From IMG/VR virus record IMGVR_UViG_2917587430_000001, positions 89,228-113,599 of that record: a stretch of 24,372 nt of DNA, one strand, 5' to 3'. The position numbers and the translations under genes are program-made. Of this stretch, positions 16,301 through 23,356 are shown in pieces; the stretch's first letter is position 1; the number at the start of each line of letters is the position of its first letter. This DNA comes from a virus. The notes below the pieces were generated by a model. That model had not been told where the DNA came from. It saw only the letters and a program-made list of their open reading frames with translations, and did no database searches.

Positions 16301-17429
16301 AGAAAGCTTCTTTACTTGATCCGCTAGTCAGTTTCGTTGGATCGAGTTCTAGTTCATTATTAGCTTTGTATAACCAATACTTAGCGACTTCATCAGGAAA
16401 TTCAATTGCGATTGGCTCTCTACGCTGCCATTCACCACGCTTACGTTCAGCAGTTCCATTGCAAACCCGACAGCCAGCATTGCCTTTTGACCATTGCTGA
16501 TTGATCGTTGCAGTAATACTTGCTTGCCACTCATTGCCGTCGTAAGTGCATTTGAACCAAACCTTCTTGTTGCTTGCAAGAGTCAGTTTTTCTGGATCTA
16601 AGTTAATTTCACTATTTTTTCCATAATCCCAGTATTGTTTGACAAGTTCTGGATATCCCTCCATCAAAGTAGATTGTTTCTCAGGCTTCTTCTTTTTCCC
16701 TGCACACACTGGGCATCCACTTGTACCATACCTATCCCAACTGTTTGTGATATCATTTGACTTCTTCTTCCAAGAATGACCATCAACCGGACATTTAAGC
16801 CAGAAAAACGGTGTGGAACTCCCAGCAGAAACTTCTCCAGGATTGAGATCTCCATTTCTCTCGTAATCCCATAATTCTGCAACTCGTTCTGGATAAAGGG
16901 CGGCTAAGCTTCTTGAATAAAGTTCTTGCTTGGCACTTTCTTTTTTTTCTTCTTCAGCTGCCGCCTCTGCTTCTTCACACTCCTTTAAATACTCATGAAA
17001 TGCAGGATTTGCATTAAGGATTTGTCTAACTCTTTCTCTACTAATTCCATACTGATTACCTATTTGCTGCCTATTAAATCCTTGTTTGTAAAGTTCCAGA
17101 AGCTGATTGCTTTTCTCAAGTTTTGCTTGTCTTAATTTGTTTGGTTTAGGTAACTCTTTTGTTCCTTCACCATCTAATTCAAGCAAACGGCTCGATTGGT
17201 CATTCTTTTGTTCTTGCCAAGATTCGCAAACAGCCTGGCCTAAGCTTGTAAGAAAAACTCGATTATCTTCTAGTTTAATAAGTCCCCTATCTTGAAGATT
17301 CAGCACTGTGTCTTTGACAGAACTAAACTGTTCAACTGGTTGAGGAGATAGATATAGTGATCTAAGAATGAGCGTCTGGTTCTTGCCAAATCCTTTTGTA
17401 GCTTCCCGGAGCTTGTCTGCATTATCCAT
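13374..17429 (-). CDS. Multidomain protein: HTH + 4x DUF4379-like zinc ribbons + SF2 helicase/ATPase + Rrp8-like (Methyltransf_8) SAM methyltransferase
   Basis: HTH QQIGNQYGISRERVRQI; four YP...WDY.KN...P..L..GS...W.KC..DG..W...GCxxC repeats; helicase motifs TGTGKT, DEIH, SATP, TGVDG, QLEGRLNRQGQ; C-terminal VVADLGCGEA, HSFDFIA, CDM..VPLED..LDVA.F.LSLMG.N..DY.REA.R.LK..G.L.I.EV.SR. Confidence 0.82.
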   Translation of the reverse strand: MDNADKLREATKGFGKNQTLILRSLYLSPQPVEQFSSVKDTVLNLQDRGLIKLEDNRVFLTSLGQAVCESWQEQKNDQSSRLLELDGEGTKELPKPNKLRQAKLEKSNQLLELYKQGFNRQQIGNQYGISRERVRQILNANPAFHEYLKECEEAEAAAEEEKKESAKQELYSRSLAALYPERVAELWDYERNGDLNPGEVSAGSSTPFFWLKCPVDGHSWKKKSNDITNSWDRYGTSGCPVCAGKKKKPEKQSTLMEGYPELVKQYWDYGKNSEINLDPEKLTLASNKKVWFKCTYDGNEWQASITATINQQWSKGNAGCRVCNGTAERKRGEWQRREPIAIEFPDEVAKYWLYKANNELELDPTKLTSGSSKEAFFKCPVDGHEWVASITSVARSAWQKGNSGCPACRGLIATETTSLIGLYPNYVAQYWDYGKNTSLGLNPDKLTRGSSQDAWFKCPIDGYEWKARITSITRASWSQGNSGCARCGSGWTIEAIRQFVASLEVHIPNLTQAELYKIFEQSGVLDTTNLEGLKIVKEIIKGKLAGQKLRDVIQGKGVKTSEPETDSVDVIKADTELQIVDTIPSLSISEESETFETTGASQEQLNELNELPKVKVRKSLEFLSSEIVASADQEAIDFFIASRRNRIWAEVFEDESAVEAIEAFTDDGYGRQVRDQFLDEYNQAHDMAIPSGWAFRVDGKVTPPNLMQKLAAVNLRNQQRMLNLSLTGTGKTIGGILSSRIIDAHLTIIICPLDTVPNWHGEIKHVFPDSRVTIKNFNPHWIDIEEGHHYILLNHEMFQQPSTPAHIRHLLERYQIDFIIVDEIHRCKQRGDDPSKRRQMVLALITNAAEKNPNLHVLGMSATPVINNLKEGKSLVELVTGVERPELNEKATLNNCMRLHQAFVTLGIRSRVKPKIRINRVRLPIDCTHLVDKIREEGTSILKMEQILTRARIPTILKELRPKTIVYTHYVEGIVDQLKEAIEADGWTVGFHMGGDKSGRNNFIDGSTDILIASSAMATGVDGFQRVCDRLILNIPPWTSAELEQLEGRLNRQGQVHDTLTILMPVTYGLDDGERWSWDEGRLARLQNKQTVADAAVDGVMPEGQLRTESQAFRDLRKWLERLKTGEQKLAIRPKIFVPLPDIDPSDVRRRNVQYGDFSRMNARWSNSYSHTTYKRLQGNPEEWMQYHTLYQDARKTWTVIPYEEAIKWLQKRSDLVVADLGCGEALIAKALVGKHTVHSFDFIAINDSVIECDMVRVPLEDGCLDVAMFNLSLMGLNIADYIREASRTLKLDGQLWIYEVTSRIKDLQGFVRGLETAGFRIIENTEVWKFRYIRAIKSEEVDISQIKVRL

Positions 17430-17568
17430 AGCTGAACCTGAACAATTAGAGTTGCCTATGTAATAGTTTTAGGCTTCACACATCAGTTTGCCCTTCTACT
17501 ACTCAAAATTCACCAAACCTTAAAGCTTTCGGGCATTTCAGGCAACCGATTTTACATTTCTTGCCAAT

Positions 17569-17725
17569 TCTGATGGTTAACCTTGAAGGTCAGGGATGTT
17601 ATCTGTCAAACATGCAGGATAGCTCCCCCAGTTCCGGTACTACCCGGCGTTTACCCTTGATGGCACAATACCCTTCCCCTTGCCTATTAGATCAGGTACA
17701 GCAATCTATTCAACTCAAGCATTTC
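17569..17725 (+). pseudogene. intI: Second integron-integrase 5' remnant with upstream region
   Basis: Homologous to 3621-3778. Encodes (MQDSSPSSGTTRRLPL)MAQYPSPCLLDQVQQSIQLKHF, then switches to unrelated sequence. Confidence 0.75.
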
Positions 17726-17787
17726 CTTTGGTTGAATCCTCAGCAGGTTCACAAACGGCAGTACCGTCAGGCGGAGGCATACGCAAA

Positions 17788-17819
17788 CCTTGTCGAATTG
17801 CTGGGGGAATTCGACAAGG
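17788..17819. repeat. 12-bp perfect inverted repeat, possible terminator for the leftward operon
   Basis: CCTTGTCGAATT-gctggggg-AATTCGACAAGG, about 60 bp past the stop of 17877..18452. Confidence 0.5.
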
Positions 17820-17876
17820 CTCTGTTTTGAGCGGGCTTGATTGCGCCACACGCCCGTAAAGTCGAGTTGATCTTAA

Positions 17877-18452
17877 TCAGACAGGTGTTAGCTCTTCAAT
17901 CTGCTTCTCGGCTGGTGACTCTTCTCTCCTGCACCAACAAAGAACGATTTGCTCAAAGCCTTGTGGGGTGATTCGTCCAACTGGATCAAAGGACTGGCAG
18001 TATTTGAATTCCCAATCTTCAAACGGTTCGTTAAAGGGAATATTTACAACATTGTCCACAAGTCCAAACCGATTGGTTCCGTCGTCGTTCAATGCCAGCT
18101 TCCCATTGGTCAACGCTGGAATATAGAGAATCACTGGGTTGCTGTCATACCATTCTCGACGCTCTGGCACCGATCCATCCTGACTGCACACGGCAGTAAA
18201 AACGGTCTGCACTGGACCGGGTGTAGTATGGCTGACCTGATAAGAATGAATCTGCGCTACAGACCATTGATTACTATTCAAGCTGTGCTTATCTCCCACA
18301 ACTGGAGGTGCATCCGAAAACCAGAAAACATAGTCCTCGAAGTGCATACTTGCTTCGTCCATCTTCACGTCATCGGGAATGTCTTCCGGTCTGACATCAG
18401 GTGGAAGTTGCCCAGGCGGATAGACCAAAACAAAATTTGTCAAAAATTTCAT
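17877..18452 (-). CDS. Hypothetical protein
   Basis: 191-aa ORF, ATG 3 nt after the previous stop with GGAG RBS; last gene of a tightly packed leftward operon. Confidence 0.7.
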   Translation of the reverse strand: MKFLTNFVLVYPPGQLPPDVRPEDIPDDVKMDEASMHFEDYVFWFSDAPPVVGDKHSLNSNQWSVAQIHSYQVSHTTPGPVQTVFTAVCSQDGSVPERREWYDSNPVILYIPALTNGKLALNDDGTNRFGLVDNVVNIPFNEPFEDWEFKYCQSFDPVGRITPQGFEQIVLCWCRREESPAEKQIEELTPV

Positions 18453-18455
18453 AGC

Positions 18456-18860
18456 TTAACTCCGATAGGTACGCACTTTACAACGCCAAGCTCTACCGCT
18501 CATCTGCTCAACACCCCGGTAAATAACCTGATTGGCGATCGCAAACTCTCTGCAACGCCTTACCGCTTCATTTGGATTTCCAGCCCAGATGCGCTCTTCC
18601 CAATCCTCGGTTGTGCCCTCTGGCTCTTCTAGATATTCTCCCTCCTCTACTGGGAAATGTTGAGTTTGCCCATCTTGCGTAACAGCCCAATAGGAAAGAC
18701 CGCCAATAACGACAACTACCACTGTGCAATAAGCATTTGTTAGGCAGGTTTGAACTGCGGCAGGAGCAGCGGCTTGAGCTTGCACCTTTTGAGGCAGTAA
18801 GGAGGCAATGAGCAGTGTACTTAAGGCGATCGCCGTTGGCTTGCTAGTTCGCTTGATCAT
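18456..18860 (-). CDS. Hypothetical exported/membrane protein
   Basis: Signal-peptide-like N-terminus (MIKRTSKPTAIALSTLLIASLLPQKVQA), hydrophobic VVVVVIGGLSYWAV segment, two Cys pairs. Confidence 0.7.
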   Translation of the reverse strand: MIKRTSKPTAIALSTLLIASLLPQKVQAQAAAPAAVQTCLTNAYCTVVVVVIGGLSYWAVTQDGQTQHFPVEEGEYLEEPEGTTEDWEERIWAGNPNEAVRRCREFAIANQVIYRGVEQMSGRAWRCKVRTYRS

Positions 18861-18865
18861 AGTAT

Positions 18866-19189
18866 TTATTGCTCTTTCAGTAACTCAACGTTTTCTTCCC
18901 AGGCAAAAATGTGCGCGCCTGCGGGGTTAGGGTTTGCGGCTTCCTCTGTCTTGATTCGATACGTCCAGCCTTCCTGTTCAAAGTCTTCAATCTTGCGAGC
19001 GTCGGGCGTGACGTACTCCATGCCAACGATTTCACCCATTAGCTTGCAGTTAGGGCAATCGTCAAATTGAACCCGTTGAAATAATCGGAATCTGGGTAGT
19101 GGAATGTTAGATGGAAATTCCGTTGTGAGCAGTGTTCGATAGTGAGGATCTTTGCTAGTCCTCCACCGCTTCAAGCTCGAACTCAGCAA
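18866..19189 (-). CDS. Hypothetical protein, paralogue of 19155..19466
   Basis: IPLPRFRLFQRV...GEIVGMEY...GWTYRI motif. Start uncertain (possibly GTG overlapping the previous stop). Confidence 0.65.
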   Translation of the reverse strand: MLSSSLKRWRTSKDPHYRTLLTTEFPSNIPLPRFRLFQRVQFDDCPNCKLMGEIVGMEYVTPDARKIEDFEQEGWTYRIKTEEAANPNPAGAHIFAWEENVELLKEQ

Positions 19190-19466
19190 TACTCAAAGTT
19201 GGCTCGTGCTTAGCTTTGAGCATCTCAGCAGTAGTGCAACCGTGGAGAGTGTTCACGGTGTAGAACCAGCCGTGCGTGTCTAGCAAATCTATTAGGGCAA
19301 CATGGGTGTCAATGTATTCCATGCCCGTTATGTGCCCACAGCGGTCTTTCGCTCGAACCTTCTGCCAGAAGCGGAACTTGGGAGGTGGAACTTGAGGAGG
19401 GAGATTGGCATTTGAGCATAGCGAATTAGGGCAGAGCTTTGATCTGCCCTCTTGCAACAAATTCAT
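19155..19466 (-). CDS. Hypothetical protein, paralogue of 18866..19189
   Basis: VPPPKFRFWQKV...GHITGMEY...GWFYTV motif; GAGG RBS. Confidence 0.7.
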   Translation of the reverse strand: MNLLQEGRSKLCPNSLCSNANLPPQVPPPKFRFWQKVRAKDRCGHITGMEYIDTHVALIDLLDTHGWFYTVNTLHGCTTAEMLKAKHEPTLSIAEFELEAVED

Positions 19467-19489
19467 AGAACTGCCTCTTGTTTTAGGAA

Positions 19490-19768
19490 CTACTCTTCAA
19501 TCTTGAGAATGTCGTTTGGCACAACAGCCTGACCAGACCAGTTGGCGCAAAGCCTGGTCAGTTTGACCAAGTTGGAGAAATAGCCCCTATCTAGCGTCCC
19601 ATCTAGAGCTAAACGCAAAGTGTTGCGCCCAACCTCGTTGGACGTTCCTTTGATTTCCTCGTAAATAGAATTTACAGTTCTAGGCTCGTCATTGCCGTCG
19701 CTGGGCCAATAACGAGAGATGTCAACGTAAACGCGCAAGCCTTCTTCCGTCTCTAAACACACATTCAA
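19490..19768 (-). CDS. Putative XRE/Cro-like HTH regulator
   Basis: 92 aa with VGRNTLRLALDG..RGYFSNLVKLTRLC...V.PNDIL pattern seen in small cyanobacterial XRE proteins; first gene after a divergent promoter region. Confidence 0.55.
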   Translation of the reverse strand: MNVCLETEEGLRVYVDISRYWPSDGNDEPRTVNSIYEEIKGTSNEVGRNTLRLALDGTLDRGYFSNLVKLTRLCANWSGQAVVPNDILKIEE

Positions 19769-19798
19769 AATCTTACCCCTTGAAACTCAACTGTCTAA

Positions 19799-19878
19799 AT
19801 TCTGCAATTCAAAATGCTAAAGTGTCAACAACCCAAAATTTCAAAATGTTGACATGTTGAAAGTCAACTTGCAATAAT
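19799..19878. promoter_or_regulatory. Back-to-back promoters with overlapping inverted repeats (phage switch-like)
   Basis: Rightward TTGACA (19849-54)-18-AATAAT with TG extension; leftward TTGACA (19828-23)-18-CAGAAT; TGTCAACA-16-TGTTGACA and GTTGAC-9-GTCAAC palindromes. Confidence 0.6.
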
Positions 19879-19961
19879 AAACAAAGAGAGAGGGCGATCG
19901 CCTCCGTCCAAAGAAACGACAGCCCCCTCTCAAAGTTCAACCCTAGTTAAGGATTTCTCTA

Positions 19962-20087
19962 ATGATTGCACAAACTTCTGCTTCCAAAAAATCTGCTGTT
20001 CAGATCATTCCTGGTGTCGGCAAGCGTCCTTCCGTTGCAGTTCTGAACTGCAAAGATGGCAAAACCCTTCGACTCTCTATCGACTAA
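19962..20087 (+). CDS. 41-aa hypothetical protein
   Basis: Not in ORF track. AAGGA RBS; MIAQTSASKKSAVQIIPGVGKRPSVAVLNCKDGKTLRLSID*; first ORF after the rightward promoter. Confidence 0.5.
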   Translation: MIAQTSASKKSAVQIIPGVGKRPSVAVLNCKDGKTLRLSID

Positions 20088-20095
20088 CCGTTCTT

Positions 20096-20119
20096 CCCCT
20101 GCCCGCCCACGGGTAGGGG
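20096..20119 (+). terminator. GC-rich hairpin, possible terminator/processing site
   Basis: CCCCTGCCCG-ccca-CGGGTAGGGG; only a weak T-tail (TTCAACTT). Confidence 0.4.
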
Positions 20120-20143
20120 TTCAACTTATCTAGATGGAGAGTT

Positions 20144-20572
20144 ATGGAGCCTCAAAACTGTTCACAATGCCCGTTCTGGCAAGAGTCAAACCGTACTCCA
20201 AACGTTGGCTACTGTCCGCTATATGACCAGACAACGCTAGGTCACGACCTGCCTTCTGACCTCTGCCTTCTCAAGTTCTGGGAGTTTGCTCAGTCTCCTG
20301 TTCCAGCTTGTAATCTTCCAGTCGATTTTTACCGAGGTTGGCAAGTTGAAGTGGAGCAAGAGCAAGAGGGGTTTAGACCGCTCTGTCGTTCTCCAGAAGG
20401 CGATCGCTGCGGTGATTGGAGGTTCTATCAGGACTACCAATCGGCTCTAATTGCGGGACGGCAATACGTTGACTTAGACGCTACCCGAATGCTTTTAAGT
20501 GACGCTTTAGCGGACTTCTTGGAGGCAGGTTTGATTGATGTTCACGAGTATTTCAACTTAACAACGGTGTAA
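20144..20572 (+). CDS. Hypothetical protein with Cys-rich N-terminus
   Basis: GGAG RBS; CSQCPFW...GYCP...C pattern; 142 aa. Confidence 0.7.
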   Translation: MEPQNCSQCPFWQESNRTPNVGYCPLYDQTTLGHDLPSDLCLLKFWEFAQSPVPACNLPVDFYRGWQVEVEQEQEGFRPLCRSPEGDRCGDWRFYQDYQSALIAGRQYVDLDATRMLLSDALADFLEAGLIDVHEYFNLTTV

Positions 20573-20641
20573 CGATGCAGCTTGCCTATCAGCACCGCTT
20601 ACTACAGACCTGATAAATGAGCGATCGCTCAGACCAAACAA

Positions 20642-21196
20642 ATGAGCGATCGCCCTCTTATTTCAACTGCCATGCAAACCCAAAGTACATCCAAAGTTTT
20701 ACCTGTCATTCCTGAAACCCGATCTGACCTACGACGGCTAACTACTCAAGGGCAAACATTAAGCTTCCGTCGCCCATTCATTGATATTTTGGCTGACTTG
20801 TCGAAGCCCTTGCCTTGGGCTTTTATTAACTGGCTTGAGAAGAAGGATAAGAAGTCAGGGAAGCTCAATTACATTCCATACCTGCATTGGTATGACTGCA
20901 ATCTAATTTTGGATTACATCAGTCCTGGCTGGACTGGGCAACTGATTCACATGCCGCAAGGTAGCCGCTATGTGCTGGGCTATGAGATCACACTGCTCTG
21001 TGAGGAAGGCCCAATCTCTCGCGCTAGCACTGGCGATGAGGCGTTGGAGGGAACGCAGTTTGGTAGCAGCAATACCAATAGCGAATCGCAAGCGTTTCGC
21101 CGTGCTTGCTGTCGATTTGGGCTAGGGCTATACCTCTATGACCCCAGTGTTAAAAGGGCACTAATTTCTAGGCATGTAAAGGAGAAGGGGAGTTGA
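20642..21196 (+). CDS. Rad52/22-family single-strand annealing protein (Sak-like)
   Basis: YIPYLHW..LDYISPGW, ISRASTG.E, NSESQAFRRACCRFGLGLYLY motifs. Confidence 0.8.
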   Translation: MSDRPLISTAMQTQSTSKVLPVIPETRSDLRRLTTQGQTLSFRRPFIDILADLSKPLPWAFINWLEKKDKKSGKLNYIPYLHWYDCNLILDYISPGWTGQLIHMPQGSRYVLGYEITLLCEEGPISRASTGDEALEGTQFGSSNTNSESQAFRRACCRFGLGLYLYDPSVKRALISRHVKEKGS

Positions 21197-21276
21197 GAGG
21201 GCGGTCTTGAAAAGACACTCGTAAGCGATCGCCTTTTCCTGATTTAGAAGTATTTCAACTTAACTAGGTTTCAGCA

Positions 21277-21465
21277 ATGACTACCAACTACACGATTGAA
21301 CAACTCGAAGCAATGAGCATCGAAGATTTGACCAACTTAGTTGCGGAAATAGGGCTAGCAGTGAACGACGATCGCCGCTTCTTGATTGAGAATGTTTTGC
21401 TGGCTCAGCGATTCCCTGACTTCATTCGAGAACTGCAAGCTCAGCGCCAATTCACTGCCAGCTAG
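21277..21465 (+). CDS. Small hypothetical protein (Rho-N/HeH-like helical start), possibly the 5' part of a degraded gene
   Basis: YTIEQLEAMSIEDLTNLVAEIGL...LIENVL pattern. A downstream shifted frame with two TGA stops continues to the IsrB insertion point. Confidence 0.5.
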   Translation: MTTNYTIEQLEAMSIEDLTNLVAEIGLAVNDDRRFLIENVLLAQRFPDFIRELQAQRQFTAS

Positions 21466-21641
21466 CAAGAATCAGGGTAGACCGTCCAAACCAAAGGAAA
21501 TCTTTGAAGAAGCTGCCAGAAACTGATATTCAGTTTGAACTCTGGAATTTGGAGTAATCCGACTCTTTGGAAGGATTGTTAGCTGGCAGCCGTACACCAA
21601 AACCGCTGCACCACGAATTTTGAAGGGACTTGCGACCAAGA

Positions 21642-21850
21642 GTCAACTACCCGAAGCTGACTGCTAGGCGGTACAGCGCGGGCTTGGGGGAGCCAGTCCT
21701 CAACTAAGAGATGACTAGATCAAGAGGCGTTGCATGGCACATACTACCGACCGTTTTCCTAAGTCGGGCTATGTAGAAACTCTCTGGCTGAGAGTGCTTG
21801 CAGAAAGGACATCTTTGCAGCGCTGATCGAAGGAACAAGTTGTTTTTGGA
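21642..21850 (+). ncRNA. omegaRNA (HEARO-like) scaffold; guide predicted from the ~20 nt upstream (21622-21641)
   Basis: Starts GTCAACTACCC; CCCG..GCTG/CAGC..CGGG stem, CCGAC/GTCGG stem with TTCCT loop complementary to downstream AGGAA; non-coding and directly upstream of isrB. 3' boundary approximate. Confidence 0.75.
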
Positions 21851-21858
21851 TTATCTCC

Positions 21859-22950
21859 ATGAACCGAAACACAAGAATTCCAACCCTTGCCCCCGATGGC
21901 ACCCGCCTTATGCCAACAAAGTATTGGCGGGCAGAGGCGATGGTCGAAAAGGAAGAAGCAGAGTGGGTAAGCAATGACCTCAACATCAAAGCCATCCGCC
22001 TGTTGCGAGAACCGTCAGGCTATGCAGTACAACCCGTTACTTTGGGCGTTGACCCTGGTAAAAAGTTTTCAGGCATAGCGGTGCAGTCCAGCCAATTTAC
22101 TCTATTCACCGCCCACCTGGTTTTACCCTTTCCTAATGTCACCAAAAAGATGACAGGTCGGCGCATTCTCAGGCGGACAAGGCGAGGGCGGCGGATTAAC
22201 CGCAAAGTTGCCTTTAAGCTCAGAGCGCATCGTCAGGAACGGTTTTACAACCGCAGGCAGAAGAAGCTAGTCCCCTCAATTCGGGCAAATCGGGAATTTG
22301 AGCTACGCATTGCCCGTGAGCTGATGCAACTATTTCCTATCTCATCTATTGTTTATGAATACATTGAGGCAAAGGGCAGCAAAGCTTTCAGCCCCGTAAT
22401 GGTGGGTCAAAAAGTGATGTTGGAATGGTTGCGTCAACTTACTCCAGTCAAAACGCAATTTGGTTGGCAAACTGCCACATTGCGAAATCATCTGGGGCTA
22501 GTTAAGCAAAAGCATGACAAGTCTGAGCAGTCTCCACAAACCCACGCCGTGGATGGAGTTGCACTGGCATCCAGTCAGTTTGTGCACTATAAAGCATTTC
22601 AATCCGGGCGAGAGCACGGGCATTGCTGGACTGGCTCTGTGCGGCTCACGCCTTCCCCGTTCCGGGTGATTACTCGCCCCAACATATATCGCCGCCAGTT
22701 GCACTTTGAGAACTTCAGTAAAGGCGGGATTCGCAAGCGCAAAGGTGGAACCGTTACCCCCTGGGGACTGCGTTCTGGTGACTTTGTGCAGGCAGAGAAA
22801 GCAGGCAGAGTTTACCGGGGCTGGATTGGTGGTTTCAGTCAGGTCAACAATGTTGTATCCGTTTATGACCACAACTGGAAGCGGATTGAGCAGTTCAGGG
22901 TTTCTAAAGTTCAACTCATCAAGAGGAGTACAAAACTGTGTGTAGCGTAG
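21859..22950 (+). CDS. isrB: IsrB RNA-guided nickase (RRXRR/PLMP domain, split RuvC, no HNH)
   Basis: PLMP-like GTRLMPT, RuvC-I LGVDPG, Arg-rich bridge helix RRILRRTRRGRR, RuvC-II IVYE, RuvC-III THAVDG; 363 aa with no CxxC/HNH insertion. Confidence 0.88.
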   Translation: MNRNTRIPTLAPDGTRLMPTKYWRAEAMVEKEEAEWVSNDLNIKAIRLLREPSGYAVQPVTLGVDPGKKFSGIAVQSSQFTLFTAHLVLPFPNVTKKMTGRRILRRTRRGRRINRKVAFKLRAHRQERFYNRRQKKLVPSIRANREFELRIARELMQLFPISSIVYEYIEAKGSKAFSPVMVGQKVMLEWLRQLTPVKTQFGWQTATLRNHLGLVKQKHDKSEQSPQTHAVDGVALASSQFVHYKAFQSGREHGHCWTGSVRLTPSPFRVITRPNIYRRQLHFENFSKGGIRKRKGGTVTPWGLRSGDFVQAEKAGRVYRGWIGGFSQVNNVVSVYDHNWKRIEQFRVSKVQLIKRSTKLCVA

Positions 22951-22976
22951 ACTCTCTGCTCATCGCTTCGATGGGC

Positions 22977-23032
22977 GCACTATCCCTCCCGATGTTGTAT
23001 CCTGCAGGATACAACATCGGGAGGGATAGTGC
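22977..23032. repeat. Perfect 56-bp palindrome with no spacer
   Basis: GCACTATCCCTCCCGATGTTGTATCCTG|CAGGATACAACATCGGGAGGGATAGTGC, checked base by base. Preceded by a small hairpin GCTCATCG-ctt-CGATGGGC (22958-22976). Confidence 0.97.
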
Positions 23033-23098
23033 TTTGGTTGAAGTTCAACGGAAGGTGGCAGCATAACTATGAGGGCAAACCGCCAACAATTATAATCA

Positions 23099-23356
23099 AT
23101 GCTCCAAACGGTTGAGAAAGTAGAGATTGCTGTAAGGTCTTTGCGATCGCCTGAAGGTTGGAAGCGATTTGAGCAGCTTCAGGCGATCATTAACGAAACG
23201 ATTGAGCGCATTGACCGCAAGATGAATTATTTGATGCAACGACTTGATGAGAGAGGCGATCGCGGCGTGGCTTGTTACTGTCAGGACTACCGAGATCAAG
23301 TGAGAGAGCTTGAGAGCTTGGGCGTGGCGTTTGCAAGCATGGCTATCATGTCCTAG
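23099..23356 (+). CDS. Hypothetical helical protein
   Basis: 85-aa ORF, coiled-coil-like composition, co-oriented in the operon. Confidence 0.6.
   Translation: MLQTVEKVEIAVRSLRSPEGWKRFEQLQAIINETIERIDRKMNYLMQRLDERGDRGVACYCQDYRDQVRELESLGVAFASMAIMS

Larger units (their letters stand above)
21642..23037 (+). mobile_element. Non-autonomous IS200/IS605-superfamily (ISC/OMEGA) element carrying isrB; no tnpA
   Basis: Left end GTCAACTACCC plus hairpin; subterminal right-end palindrome. Joining 21641 to 23038 restores an open frame (LATK/IEVQRKVAA*). Confidence 0.75.

Noticed and set aside
17949-18632. 227-aa plus-strand ORF
   Set aside because: Antisense shadow of two tightly packed minus-strand genes with proper RBSs; no motifs.
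20605-20653. 25-bp tandem duplication containing HIP1 and ATG at the annealase start
   Set aside because: Real (CAGACC....AAATGAGCGATCGC twice) but only two imperfect copies; most simply a local slippage event.
21859-22950. IscB, TnpB or Cas9 call
   Set aside because: PLMP-like N-terminus and upstream RNA exclude TnpB; absence of HNH and the 363-aa size exclude IscB/Cas9; no CRISPR array.
22977-23032. Protelomerase target (telRL-like) of a linear phage-plasmid
   Set aside because: No protelomerase gene in the window, and the palindrome sits exactly where the IS right-end hairpin is expected; not fully excludable without flanking sequence.
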